Of a stretch of DNA of 64,000 nucleotides, positions 12,580 to 24,751 are shown piece by piece. A program made the translations under genes and the position numbers. Position 1 is the first letter of the stretch. Each line of letters opens with the position of its first letter. Source of the stretch: Mobula hypostoma (Eukaryota); contig NC_086108.1 in NCBI RefSeq assembly GCF_963921235.1, forward strand, positions 9,858,001 through 9,922,000, read 5' to 3'. Below the pieces are notes generated by a model. The model did not search any database. It was not told where the DNA came from and saw only the letters and a program-made list of their open reading frames with translations.

Positions 12580-15001
12580 CCTGGGCCAGTATTAAATGGT
12601 GTTCAGGGCCAGTATTAAATAGTGTTCTGTTCCAGTATTTAATGGTGTTCTGTTCCAGTATTAAATGGTGTTCTGGGCCAGTATTAAACAGTATTCAGGG
12701 CCAGTATTAAATGGTGTTCGGGGCCAGTATTAAAAGGTGTTCTGGGCCAGTATTAAATGGTGTTCTGTTCCAGTATTAAACAGTGTTCTGGGCCAGTATT
12801 AAATAGTGTTCTGGGCCAGTATTAAATGGTGTTCTGTTCCAGTACGAAATAGTGTTCTGGACCAGTATTAAACTGTGTTCTGGGCCAGTATTAAATGGTG
12901 TTTTTGGCCAGTAATAAAAGGTGTCTGTTCCAGTATTAAATGGTGTTATGTTGCAGTATTAAACAGTATTCTGGGCCAGCATTAAAAGGTGTTCTGGGCC
13001 AGTATTCAATGGCGTTCAGGGCCAGTATTAAATTGCGTTCAGGGCCAGTATTAAACAGTGTTCTGGTCCTGTATTAAACAGTGTTCTGGGCCAGTATTAA
13101 ACAGTGTTCTTGGCCAGTATTAAATGGTGTTCTGGGCCAGTATTAAATGGTTTTCTGGGCCAGTATTAAACAGTGTTCTGTTCCAGTATTAAAAGGTGTT
13201 CTTGGCCAGTATTAAACAGTGTGCTGGGCCAGTATTAAATGGTGTTCTGGGTCAGTATTAAGTGGTGTTCTGGGCCAGTATTAAGCAGAGTTTGGGGCCA
13301 GTAGTAAGCAGAGTTTGGGGCCAGTATTAAGTGGTGTTTGGGACCAGTATTAAGTGCTGTGCAGGGCCAGATCTAAACGGTGTTCTGGGCCAGTATTAAA
13401 TGGTGTCTTTGGCAAGTATTAAACATTTTTCTGGGCCAGTATTAAATAATGTTCGGAGCTAGTTTTAAATGGTGTTCTGTTCCAGTATGAAATAGTGTTC
13501 TGGACCAGTATTAAACTGTGTTTTTGGCCAGTAATAAAAGGTGTCTGTTCCAGTATTAAATGGTGTTATGTTGCAGTATTAAACGGTATTCTGGGCCAGC
13601 ATTAAAAGGTGTTCTTGGCCAGTATTCAATGGTGTTCGGGGCCAGTATTAAATGGTGTTCGGGGCCAGTATTAAATGGTGTTCTGGGCCAGTATTAAACA
13701 GTATTCAGGGCCAGTATTAAATGGTGTTCAGGGCCAGTATTAAATGGTGTTCTGGGCCAGTATTAAGCAGTGTTCTGGTCCTGTATTAAACAGTGTTCTG
13801 GGCCAGTATTAAACGGTGTTCTTGGCCAGTATTAAATGGTGTTCTGGGCCAGTATTAAACGGTGTTCTGGGCAAGTATTAAGTGGTGTTCTGGGCCAGTA
13901 TTAAACAGTGTTCTGTTCCAGTATTCAATGGTGTTCGGGGCCAGTATTAAATGGTGCTTGGGGCCAGTATTAAACGGTGTTCTGGGCCAGTACTAAATGG
14001 TGTTCTGGGCCAGTATTAACTGGTGTTCTGGGCCAGAATTAAGCGGTGTTTGGGGCCAGTATTAAATGGTGTTCTCTGCCAGTATTAAATGGTGTTCTGG
14101 GCCAGTATTAAACGGTGTTCTGGGCCAGTATTAAATGGTGTTCTGGGCCAGTATTAAACAGTGTTCTGTTCCAGTATTAAATGGTGTTCTTGGCCAGTAT
14201 TAAACCGTGTTCTGGGCCAGTATTAAATGGCGTTCTGGGCCAGATTTAAGCGGTGTTTGGGGCAGTACTAAATGGTGTTCTGGGCCAGAATTAGATGGTG
14301 TTTTTGACCAGTAATAAACGTTGTTCTGGGCCAGTATTAAATGGTGTTCTGGGTCAGTATTAAGTGGTGTTCTGGGTCAGTATTAAATGGTGTTTGGGGC
14401 CAGTATTAAACGGTGTTCGGGGCCAGTATTAAACGGTGTTCTGGGCCAGTATTAAGCGGTGTTCTGGGCCAGTATTAAACGGTGTTCTGGGCCAGTATTA
14501 AATGGTGTTCTGGGCCAGTATTAAACAGTGTTCTGTTCCAGTATTAAATGGTGTTCTTGGCCAGTATTAAATGGTGTTCTGGGCCAGTATTAAATGGCGT
14601 TCTGGGCCAGATTTAAGCGGTGTTTGGGGCAGTACTAAATGGTGTTCTGGGCCAGAATTAAATGGTGTTTTTGGCCAGTAATAAATGTTGTTCTGGGCCA
14701 GTATTAAATGGTGTTCTGGGTCAGTATTAAGTGGTGTTCTGGGTCAGTATTAAATGGTGTTTGGGGCCAGTATTAAACGGTGTTCGGGGCCAATATTAAA
14801 CGGTGTTCTGGGCCAGTATTAAGCGGTGTTCTGGGCCAGTATTAAGCAGAGTTTGGGGCCAGTAGTAAGCAGAGTTTGGGGCCAGTATTAAGTGGTGTTC
14901 AGGGCCAGTATTAAGCGGTGTTCTGGGCCAGTATTAAGCGGAGTTTGGGGCCAGTATTAAGCGGAGTTCAGGGCTAGTATTAAGTGGTGTTTGGGGCCAG
15001 T
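12580..15001. repeat. 23-bp minisatellite (~105 copies)
   Basis: Unit CCAGTATTAAATGGTGTTCTGGG and variants. Confidence 0.97.
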
Positions 15002-15179
15002 GTAAAAACGTTGCTTCGTGCCAACATTACATGTAGTCTGAGACTTGATACCAATGACTTTATCCTGTGTTTTGTCAAAGGGGCAGGTTATAAATGAAAG
15101 ACTTTTGGCGTGTGTGTTTGTATCATTGAAGAAATCTTGACATGTCACTGGAGAAAGATTTGATTTGTTCATTTAAAAC

Positions 15180-15484
15180 AGGTAGATATTTTCAGACCTA
15201 TGGTTTTTATATTCTTTGTTTTCATTGCTTGTTGCTTTTCCATTTTGTTATATGAGGGGAGTGTGTTTGGGGATTGATGTTCTGTTTTTTGTGAAGGGAG
15301 GGGAGGTTTTAGTGGTTTCTATCTGGAATGCTGCTCTTTTTGTGCACGGGGGCTGGGTTTGATGTTCCTCTCTGTATGACTTTCATGTTCTTTGTTTTGT
15401 GGCTATCTGGAGAAGACAAATTTCAGAGCCATATATGGATACATTCTTTGATAATAAATGAACCTTTGAACCTTTGAACCTTTG
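15180..15484 (+). mobile_element. Non-coding interspersed retroposon 3' end with (CTTTGAAC)n tail
   Basis: Ends ATAATAAATGAACCTTTGAACCTTTGAACCTTTG. Related copies occur inverted near 45700, 46775 and 60050. Confidence 0.6.
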
Positions 15485-15750
15485 TACAAGTTGACAGAAC
15501 ACAAATTCTGACCTTCAACCTTTCAATTATGTTAGGAAAAGCCTCTGTGAATTCCTTCCTCTCCTGTCACATCACACTCGTTCCCAGAGCTCAGTGCTGT
15601 GCTCTCTAAATTCCTCGCCACAGAAGGAAATGTTTGCATTTCTACTTCAATACAAAGCAGAGAGGGTGATTCTGATGCTTCAGGATTATTTGATGAAGTT
15701 CCCTCAAAGTTCGAATCAGAAATGAAAAATGACGAAGTTAGCAGGTCACA

Positions 15751-16301
15751 CACTCAGTGGGTACCCTAATTGGTACCTCCTGTACTTAATAATCAACTAC
15801 TGACTGTGTGTTTGCGGTCCTCTGCTGCTGTAGCCTATCCGCTTCAAGGTTCGATATGTAGAGTGTTCAGAGATTGTCTTCTGCACACCACGGTTGTAAC
15901 GTGTGGTTATTTGAGTTACTGTCAACTTCCTGTCAGCTTGAACCAGTCTGGCCATTCTCCTCTGACTTCTCAGTAGCAAGGTGTTTTTGCCCACAGAATT
16001 GCCACTCACTTGATGTCTTTAGTTTTTCACACCATTCTCTGTAAACTCTAGAGACTGCTGAGCATGTCAATCCCAAGAATTCAGCAGATTCTCAAATACT
16101 CAAACCACCCTGTCTGGCACCAACAATCATTCCATGGTCAAAGCCACCTAGATCACATTCCTTCCTCATTCTGATGTTTGCTCTGAGCAACAGCTGAACC
16201 TCTTGACCGTGTCTGCATGCTTTTATGCATTGAGTTGTCGTGGCTTGATTAGATATTTTGCATGAATGAGCAGGTGTACCTAATAAAGTGGCCACTCAGT
16301 G
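15751..16301 (-). mobile_element. Tc1-derived non-autonomous DNA transposon
   Basis: Imperfect TIRs CACTCAGTGG...TAATTGGTACCT and AGGTGTACCTAATAAAGTGGCCACTCAGTG. Transposase N-terminal remnant RSQRRMARLVQADRKLTVTQITTRYN. Confidence 0.8.
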
Positions 16302-16424
16302 TTGAACATTACAGCACAGTGCAGACCCTTTGATGGTCTGCTGACCTTTTAATCTAATATTAATTGGACCCTTCCAGCTCACATAGCTCTCCATTTTTCC
16401 ATCATCCATCTGCCTATCTAAGAT

Positions 16425-18037
16425 TGTCATGGTCCGGTCTGTGAAGTCCACATTCCAGTTCATGGTCCGGTCCGTGGACTCAGGAATCCGGGTCTTCCAG
16501 CTGTCCCTTGGTTGAGTTAATCATAGGCACCTGATTCCCATCCTTGGGCTTGCAATATAAGTAGCCTTGGGGTTGAGTGTGGGTGGGCTGGTTTGTCTTG
16601 TCAGTCCCCCTTGGAGCAACTTGCTGAAGGAAGGCTAGTGAAACCATTTGTGATCTCTAGGCCTGGTTGGAGGACCACTGCTTCATGGAGCCTTGTTGCC
16701 ACTTGTTGGAGTGGTCTTTGCGGTATGGATTTGGCTGTTTCCCGGGCTGTTTGCCAGCCACTCTGAGCTAGGTAGGGATCTGGCTATCTCTGTAGCCAGC
16801 TGAGATTGCTGGCTGAACTGAGACTTGGAGCTACACCGGAGCAGAGATAGAACTGTCTGTTGTTCTTTGGTGTTTGTCTCTTCTTGCCCTTGCCTCCGTG
16901 GGGTAAGTCAGGCTGTTTTGCCATTGCCCTGCGGGGGGACATGTCATGTCTTTGCGTCTGTTGGGTAAGTCTGGCTGTCCTGCCATTACCCAACAGGTGG
17001 ACCTGTCCCACCTTGATGTGGAGATGAAGTTGAGTCCCGGCTTGTCATAGGATAAGTCCTAGCTCTATGTCTATGTTCTATCCTGTCTCATGTTAGTGTT
17101 GTGTTAAAGATGAGTCCTGGCTTGTTGAAGGATAAGTCCCGGCTCGAACCTGAGCCTTGAGGGTCCCAAGCCAAGCGCCACGAACCCGAGCCTCCAGGGT
17201 CCCAAGCCAAGCTCCATGAAGCCGAGCCTCGAGGGTCCCAAGCCAAGCTCCATGAGGCCGAGCCTCGAGGGTCTCAAGCCAAGCGCCACGAACCCAAGCC
17301 TCGAGGATCCCAAGCCAAGCGCCACGAACCCAAGCCTCGAGGATCCCAAGCCAAGCTCCACGAACCCAAGCCTGGAGGATCCCAAGCCAAGCGCCATGAA
17401 CCCAAGCCTTGAGGATCCCAAGCCAAGCGCCACGAACCCAAGCCTCGAGGATCCCAAGCCAAGCTCCACGAACCCAAGCCTCGAGGATCCCAAGCCAAGC
17501 TCAAGACCCAAGACCCCAGCCTGCAGCCAAGCCTCGAGGACCCCAAGCCAAGCTCAAGACCCAAGACCCCATCTCTCGAGGATCCCAAGCCAAGCTCAAG
17601 ACCCAAGACCCCAGCCTCAAGCTATATCATGTCCTTGCCTGGTTCTGGGGTCTGAGCCCGAGGCAAAACCCAGGTTCTGGGTCCTGTCTAGCCTTGGGCT
17701 CGGAGTCCGAGCCTTGTCTTGTCTCCAAGCTCAGGCCTCTAGACCCCAGCCACGTCCTGTCCTGAAGCCATGTCATGTCCTTGGCTGGTTCCAGGGTTTG
17801 AGCCCAAAGCAGGACCCAGGTTCTAGGTCCTTGTCCAGTCTTGGGCTCAGAGTCCAAGCCTTGTCTCCTAGTCCATGGTTCCTAGTCCTGGTCCCGCTTT
17901 CCCTAGCCCAGCTCTGCGTTCTTGTCCCTGCTCCTTGCCTGAATCCTGTCATGTCCCTACTCTAGTCAAGTCCTGTTCCTTGTACTGCAGTGTCTGTGTC
18001 TTGCATTTTGGTCTGTTTCCAGCACCCCATTGTGACA
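16425..18037. mobile_element. Solo-LTR-like element (1613 bp) with 5-bp TSD and internal 36-bp tandem repeat
   Basis: TGTCA...TGACA termini. AAGAT TSD at 16420-16424 and 18038-18042. Both ends resemble the element at 61932-63006. Confidence 0.88.
17145..17620. repeat. 36-bp minisatellite inside the LTR-like element
   Basis: Unit AACCCAAGCCTCGAGGATCCCAAGCCAAGCGCCACG, roughly 10-12 copies. Confidence 0.92.
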
Positions 18038-18289
18038 AAGATGAGTGTCTTAAATGTCCGTAATGTATCTGCCTCTACCACCCCCTCCCCGTCAGAGCAT
18101 TCCACCAACCCACCACTCTGTGTGTATAAACCTACCTCAGACATCAGTCCTTATACGCCAATCACCGTAACATGGTGCACCTGCTATTATCCATTTCTGT
18201 TCTGGGAGAAAGTCCCTGGCTGTCTCCCACTCAGTTTATCCCTTTAACCATCGCATACATCTCTATCAAACCACATCTCAGGATCACTG

Positions 18290-18705
18290 AGTGCTGCAAA
18301 GTTCTAAACTCAGCTGGCCCCGCCGTGGGCATGAGACTCCCCATCATCAAAGACACCTTCAGAAGGCGATGCCTCAAAAAGACAGCGTCCATCATTAAGG
18401 ACCCCCACCACCCAGGACTTGCCCTCCTCCCATTGCTACCATCAGGGAGGAGGTACAGGAGCCTGAAGACACACACTCAGTGATTCAGGAACAGCTTCTT
18501 CCCCTCTGCCATCCGATTTCTGAATAAACATTGAACCCGTGAGCACTACCTCACTGCTTTACTGCTCTCTTTTTCCACCACTTATTTAGTTTAAATTTTT
18601 ATATAGCTTTCTTATTGCGGTTTTAAATTATGTATTGCATTGTACTGCAGCCACAAAACAACAAATGTCACAACATATGCCGGTGATATTAAACCTGATT
18701 CAGAT
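18290..18705 (+). mobile_element. Rex1/Babar-like LINE 3' fragment
   Basis: CLKKTASIIKDPHHPG...LLPSGRRYRSLKTHT with tail AAACCTGATTCAGATTC. Similar fragments occur at ~20915-21460(-), 32030-33320(+), 36090-36280(-), 37074-37730(+), 38925-39580(-) and 48270-51110(+). Confidence 0.8.
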
Positions 18706-19147
18706 TCATTACACAGTGCCGACAAGCCGAAGTTGCCAATGACGGCGCTGAGAGAGGAGACTGCCTTACAAATGAGCCGAGGGAGATGTTATATTGGATC
18801 CACCAGTGAATGCGACACCTCCTCCATTAAGAGCTCGGCTATTGGCTACAACTCGTAGGAAACGATGCCACATAATCGATGAGGAAGGGACATAACTGTG
18901 CAATCAAACTGAGAGAAGAAATGGACTAAGTAGATCACACTGCGGAAGAAGAAGCAAGTTACTCTGTCTCAACTTGGAGTGTGGTGCTTTAGTGACAAGG
19001 CACAGTGGGGGTAGCAGACCAAAAGACATTCTCTTAATCATCGACCTTGTACCTCACAGGGCAACACATGGTGTTTGTCACCTACTCCTGGGGAAATGAT
19101 CCCCTCTCTTTGGGAGAAGGATGGCACCTTTTATTAACAAATTTCAG

Positions 19148-19800
19148 TCATAGAAAAGTACAGCACAGAAAAAGGCCCTTTGGCCCATCTAGTTCATGCC
19201 AAACCATTTAAGCAACCTGCACTGGGACCATGGCCCTCCATACCCCTATCATCCATGTACCTATCCACACTTCTCTAAAATGTTGAGATCGAGCTCACAT
19301 GCACCACTTGCATTGGCAGCTCATTCACTACCCTCTGAGTGACGAAGTTTCCCTTCATTTACCCTTTAAACTTTTCACCTTTCACCCCTAACCCATGAAC
19401 TCTGGTTGTGGTCCCATCCAACCTCAGTGGAAAAAGCCTGCTTGCATTTACTCTATCTATGCCCCTCATAATTTTGTATACCTCTTTCAAATCTCCCCTC
19501 AATCTTCTACGTTCCAGGGAATGAAGTCCTTACCTATTCAATTGTCTTTATAACTCAGGTCCTCCAGACCCGGCAACATCCTTGTAAATTTTCTCTGTAC
19601 TCTTTCGACCTTATTTACATCCTGTCTGCAGGTAGGTGACTAAAACTGCACACAGTCCTCCAAATTAGGTCTCATCAATGTCTTATACAACTTCAACATA
19701 CCATCCCATCTCACCTCCTGCACTCAATACTTTGACTTATGGGCAATGGGCCAAAAGCTTTCTTTGAGTCCCTACCTACCTGTGACGTCACTTTCTACAA
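19148..19800 (-). mobile_element. CR1 LINE 3' fragment
   Basis: Collinear similarity to the CR1 3' end at 24920-25500. Confidence 0.85.
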
Positions 19801-19874
19801 ATCAATTCCAATATCACATCAATACGATATTATACAATATTACAGGACTTCAAAAAAACATGTGATTTATCTGA

Positions 19875-20205
19875 TTATCACTATTTGAAACACCCTCGAG
19901 CCCCAGTGGTATTCACCCTTCCTGGAAATCCAGCGTTGTATCGTGTGCTGCTTCTCCAGGGGCACACAGGCGCAGATGTAGTCTCCGATGATGGGCAGGC
20001 AATCGGCTCAGGCAGAACCAGCGGCTGGCCGCCTCTTGGACCTGTGAATGGCCAGCTTGCCCAGTCCCAGGAGTTCCACATGGGTGGTCCTTTCCCCTCC
20101 AGGTGGCTGTGGATCAGGAGTGTGGGGTTGAAGTGTCAGCACAGCTTGAGAAGCAGCTCCATTCCGGATATTCAAACAGCGGCAAAGGTGGCCTCTTTAA
20201 GGGTC
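19875..20205 (-). mobile_element. Tx1-clade LINE ORF2 C-terminal remnant
   Basis: My minus-strand translation gives PLFEY...LLLKLC*HFNPTLLIHSH...LLGLGKLAIHRSKRR...ADCLPIIGDYICACVPLEKQH, resembling the region after the zinc knuckle in Tx1 ORF2. Confidence 0.65.
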
Positions 20206-22954
20206 CTCTCACCTGGTCTTCTGTTCCTAGATGACTCCTGGGTCAGGGACATAACAAAGAATGAATCTGCTCTCCATAGTCCTATTGCAGACCACTGAGG
20301 AAGAACTAGCCCGGGATAGAAAATTCCACTACACTGACCCACCCACCTTACCCCTCACCTGGTTTCACCTGTCACCGGGCAGCAGCTTGTACTCCTCCCC
20401 CTCCCCCGACTGACTTCTGCCCCCTTCCCTTCCAGTCCTTCCCTCAAAACATCGAATGCTTATTAACCTCCACAGATGCTGCCTGACCTGCTGAGTTCCT
20501 CCAGTGTATAGTGAGTTGATTTTCGCTCTTTCCTATTCCGCGCTGTGCAGACTTGGAGGTGACAGTCCGGGAAGCACACCAGCACAGCGTTGAGTGCAAT
20601 GCTGCACAACGCCGGTGGTCGGTGTTCAATTCCTGCTGCCGTCTACAAGGCGTTTATATTTTCTCTCCGTGACTGGGCGGGCTTCCTTCGGATGCTCCAG
20701 ATTCCTCCCACAGTTCAGTGATGTACCGTCAGGCCTGCCGACGCAGGCACCTCCTTCCACCCTGCTAATAGGATTCACCTGCCGCTCACTCCAGACTCGT
20801 CACCTGCAGCCTATTTAAACCCAAGTCTCATCCACGGTCCTTGTTCACTCCTTGAACCAAACAGGTCCTTCACTCTCCCTGTCTAAAGCTTACCTTAGTG
20901 CCTGTTGTGCTTAAAGTTCAAAGTACATTTTATTATCAAAGCACATATATGTTACCATATACAACCTTGAGATTCATTTTCTTGTGGGCATACTCAATAA
21001 ATTTGTAGAATAATAACCATAACAGAATTACTGAAAGACTGCACCAACTTGGGTGTTTGGTCAGTGTACAAAAGACAGCAACCTGTGCAAATGCAAAAAG
21101 AAAGAAATAATAGTGATAAATAAACAAGCAATAAAGATGAAGAGGCCTTGAAAGTGAGTCCATTGGTTGTGGGAACACTTCAATGATGGGGCGAGTGAAG
21201 TTGAGTTGTTATCCTCTTTTGTTCAAGAACCTGATGGCTGAGGGGTTGTAACTGTTCCTGAACCTGGTGGTGCGAGTCCTGAGGCTCCTGTACCTTCTAC
21301 CTGATGGCTGCAGTGTGAAGAGAGCATGGCCTGGGTGGTGGGGATCCCTGATGATGGATGCTGCTTTTCTGTGACAGTGTTTTGTGGCTGTGCCCAGTGG
21401 AGAGGAAGTCTTTACCCATGACTGACTGGGCCGTATCCATCAGTTTTTGTAGGATTTTCTGTTGCTTTTCTCATGTTTTGTGCCCTCCCTCCAAGGCTGG
21501 TTACTTTGTGTTCTATTGTTAAAGTATCGTTTACTGCGAGATTGTCTCCGCTGCCCTGCTTTGGAGACAAGCTTCCTGACATGTACGAGTTGCGGTTAGT
21601 AAGTTGTGTGCCAGAGCTGTGGTGACAATTGCGAGCTGCCCAGCATGATCCTGGCTGTTTCGATTTGATGCCAACACAGCATCTCACCGTATGCCTCAAC
21701 GTAAATGTGACAGGTAAAACTAATCTTTATCTTTGAACAATTCCTACAAGACGCTGGAGGTTGGGCGGCGTCTGAGGAGGGAAATGGACAGTCTATATTT
21801 CAGGCTGACATGCTTCACGTGGACTGAAGGTCCTTGTTGGCGGGGAGGTGGTGGAAGGGGAGCACTGAAGGGGTGGCGGGGAGGGTTGCAAGAGGGGACG
21901 GAGCCAGGAGCGAGGAGCAGTTACCCCCCCTCCCACCCAGATCATTGACTACACAGGCAAGCTGGACCTGACAGTACTCCAGGACACCTAGAGCCAGCTG
22001 CAACAAAAATTGATTTTTCTTCTGTTTCGATCTATACAGCATCTGAGTTAATAGTCCAAATAAGAATGATCAATAAGCAGATGTTTCACTCTGTCTCTGG
22101 GCATCGATCTGGCCAAATCACTCTGCAAGTGATCCTGATTAGCGCCAGCAGAATCGGAGCCTGTCACTTACAGCTATCGAAGTTCCTTCGGGTGCCGTGG
22201 CGCTGTAGCGGTTAGCGCAATGCCAGAGAGGAGAAAAGCTGAAATGGAACTATTGCAGAAACTGGCCACCTGAACCGGGGAGCAAGGTTTGATCCAATCA
22301 AGCGCCCCGCCGATTTGGAAAGGCCGAGTGCGGGCTGGGAGCAGCCCAGCGCGTATTGCAGTGGCGGGTCCCAGACCTGAGTTCGGGGGACATCCCGGAC
22401 AAGTTAAGTGCTGGGCCAGATGGAGTGAAAAGGCAAGGTGTCGGGACTGGAGCCAGGCGGGGGGGGGGGGGGGGTCGGTTCTGCTCTGCGATATTTTACT
22501 CTGCTCTCCTCGGCGCTGAGGACGTCTGGTGCTCGTGTCAGCGATTTGCCTCTGTGCGATGGACTGTGAGCTGGGCCTATTGCGGCTTCTCCCGGCTTCA
22601 GGTTTACGGACTGAGTGCTGACGCCAGCTTCATTGTTTGCACAATTTGATTTGATTTGATTTGTTTTTGCTCTCTCTGCACATTGGCTATTGGTCTTTTT
22701 TTAAAAATTGAGTTCTTTTGGGTTCCTTGCTTTGTGGCTGCCTGGATGCAGGTGAATCTCAAGGTTGTATAATTCATACATACTCTGACAGTAAAATGTC
22801 CTTTGAATTCTTCAACTTTCAACTTTGAATTGCAGCTTGGGCGGTTGGGGTTCGGAATTCAATCTACGCCCTCTGTAATTAGTCCCTGTATGTGGAATGT
22901 GTGGGGTTCCTCCGGGTGCTCCAGTTTCTTCTGCCACTCGAAAGACATACTGGT

Positions 22955-23775
22955 TAGACCATAAGATACAGGAGCACAATTAGGCCATTTGGCCCATCGA
23001 GTCTGCTCCACCATTTCATCATGGCTGATCCATTTTCCCTCTCAGCCCCAGTCTCCTGCCTTCTCCCCATATCCCTTCATGCCGTGACTACTCAAGAACC
23101 TATCAATTCACAAACAAGAGAAAGCCTGCAGATGCTGGAAATCCGAGCAACACACACAAAATGCTGGAGGAACTCAGCAGGCCAGGCTGCATCTATGGAA
23201 AAGAGTACAGTCGATGTTTCGGGCCAAAACTTTTTTCCATAGATGCTGCCTGGCCTGCTGAGTTCCTCCAGCAATTTGTGTATATTGCAAGAACCTATCA
23301 ACCTCTGCCTTAAATATACCCATGACTTGGCCTCCACAGCCACCTGCAGCAATGAATTCCAGATTCACCACCCTCTGGCGAAAGAAATTCCTCCTCATCT
23401 CTGTTCTAAAAGGATGCCCCTCTATTCTGAGGCTGTGACCTCTGGTCTTAGACGTTCCCACCATAGGGAAACATCCTCTCCACATCCACCCCATTCGATA
23501 GGTTTCAATGAGGCCACCCTTCCTTCTTCTGAATTCCAGCGAATACAGGCCTAGAGCCATCAAAGGCTCCTCATTTGACAAGCCATTCAATCCTGGAATC
23601 ATTTTCATGAGCCTCCTTTGAATCCTCTTCAATACCAGCACATCCTTTCTTACTTAAGGGGCCCAATACACTAAGTGAGGCCTCATGAGTGCTTTATAAA
23701 GCCTCAGCCTTACATTCTTGTTTTTTTCTTCTAGTCCTCTTGAAATGAAAGCTAACATCGCATTGGTCTTCCTCA
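22955..23775 (-). mobile_element. CR1 LINE 3' fragment, interrupted at 23107-23287
   Basis: LGLYSLEFRR, SKTRGHSLRI and EMRRNFF motifs plus 3'UTR. Confidence 0.85.
23107..23287. mobile_element. Inverted (hairpin) Penelope pseudo-LTR derivative with 14-bp TSD
   Basis: About 56-bp inverted arms at 23147-23202 and 23233-23288. CAAGAACCTATCAA is duplicated at 23093-23106 and 23288-23301. Confidence 0.8.
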
Positions 23776-24751
23776 ACCTGCAAACTGTCCTTTGATTCGC
23801 TTAGGGTTAAAGCAGGGGTTGTTGGTGGGTTGCTGGGCTGTGCAACTTGAAGGGCCAGAAGGCGCTATTCCACACTGCCTCTCTAAACAAACAAATAGAT
23901 AAACAAACTTGCTGATAAGGTAATAAGATTCATTGTCATATACACCAGGGGACTGGCTGCCCCGGTCGTGATGCCCCCCAGAGTCCGATCGGTGGAATGA
24001 CAAGTTGGATTTTGTGCGTGTGTTTGTCCACGGACCGCTGGGAACCGCACCAGCAATTGACAGGATGTCTCACTTAGGGACTTAGGCTAATGATGTTCCT
24101 TGCTCATGTGAAGTTCACCGAGTAAGCAGTGTACATTGTAGTCATGTACACAGGACTAGGTACAGCAACTCAGATGAAGGGTCTCAGCCTGAATACATCG
24201 ACTCTTTATTCCTCTCCATAAGCGCTGCCCTTCCAGGAGGACCAGAACTGGCGTGCAGTGTAACTGTGGATGATTGTCTTCGACATTTCTTTTGCGATCG
24301 CAAGACCCTGTTGGACATTGAAAATGTAAGGTGCCGCAGGCTTGTTTCCCTTGTTTGGTGGTGCGACAGTCGGCAGGGGAGCTGCGTGGCCTTGGTTGCA
24401 GCGAGGACTAGGCCTCAAGCCGTGGCCTTGCCTGCTGCTGTGTCCAGGAAAGGATACACCGGAGGCGGTGAAGTGTGGAATCCGTGTTGAGTTGTGGATG
24501 ACTTCCCCGGTCGATGTTGCCCCCTCCCCCTAGTCTGACAGGTGGAATGACAAGCTGGATATCATGCAAGTATTTGTCCACAGACTGCTGGGAACTGCAC
24601 CATCAACCTGTGGGACATGTCACTTAGAGACGCAGGCTAAATATATAAGTATTTTATTTTTGTGCGACTGTGTGTGGGCTTGCTATTTTGAATGCGCTGT
24701 GTATCTTTTGCACCTTGGCCCCAAGGAGCACTGTTTAATTTGGCTGTATTC

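Noticed and set aside
12580..15001. CRISPR-like regular repeats (also 5674-6404 and 33750-34770)
   Set aside because: Units are contiguous with no unique spacers, there are no cas genes, and the context is eukaryotic.
17216..17965. 249-aa Pro/Ser-rich mucin-like ORF
   Set aside because: It lies wholly within a TSD-bounded element and follows a 36-bp repeat.
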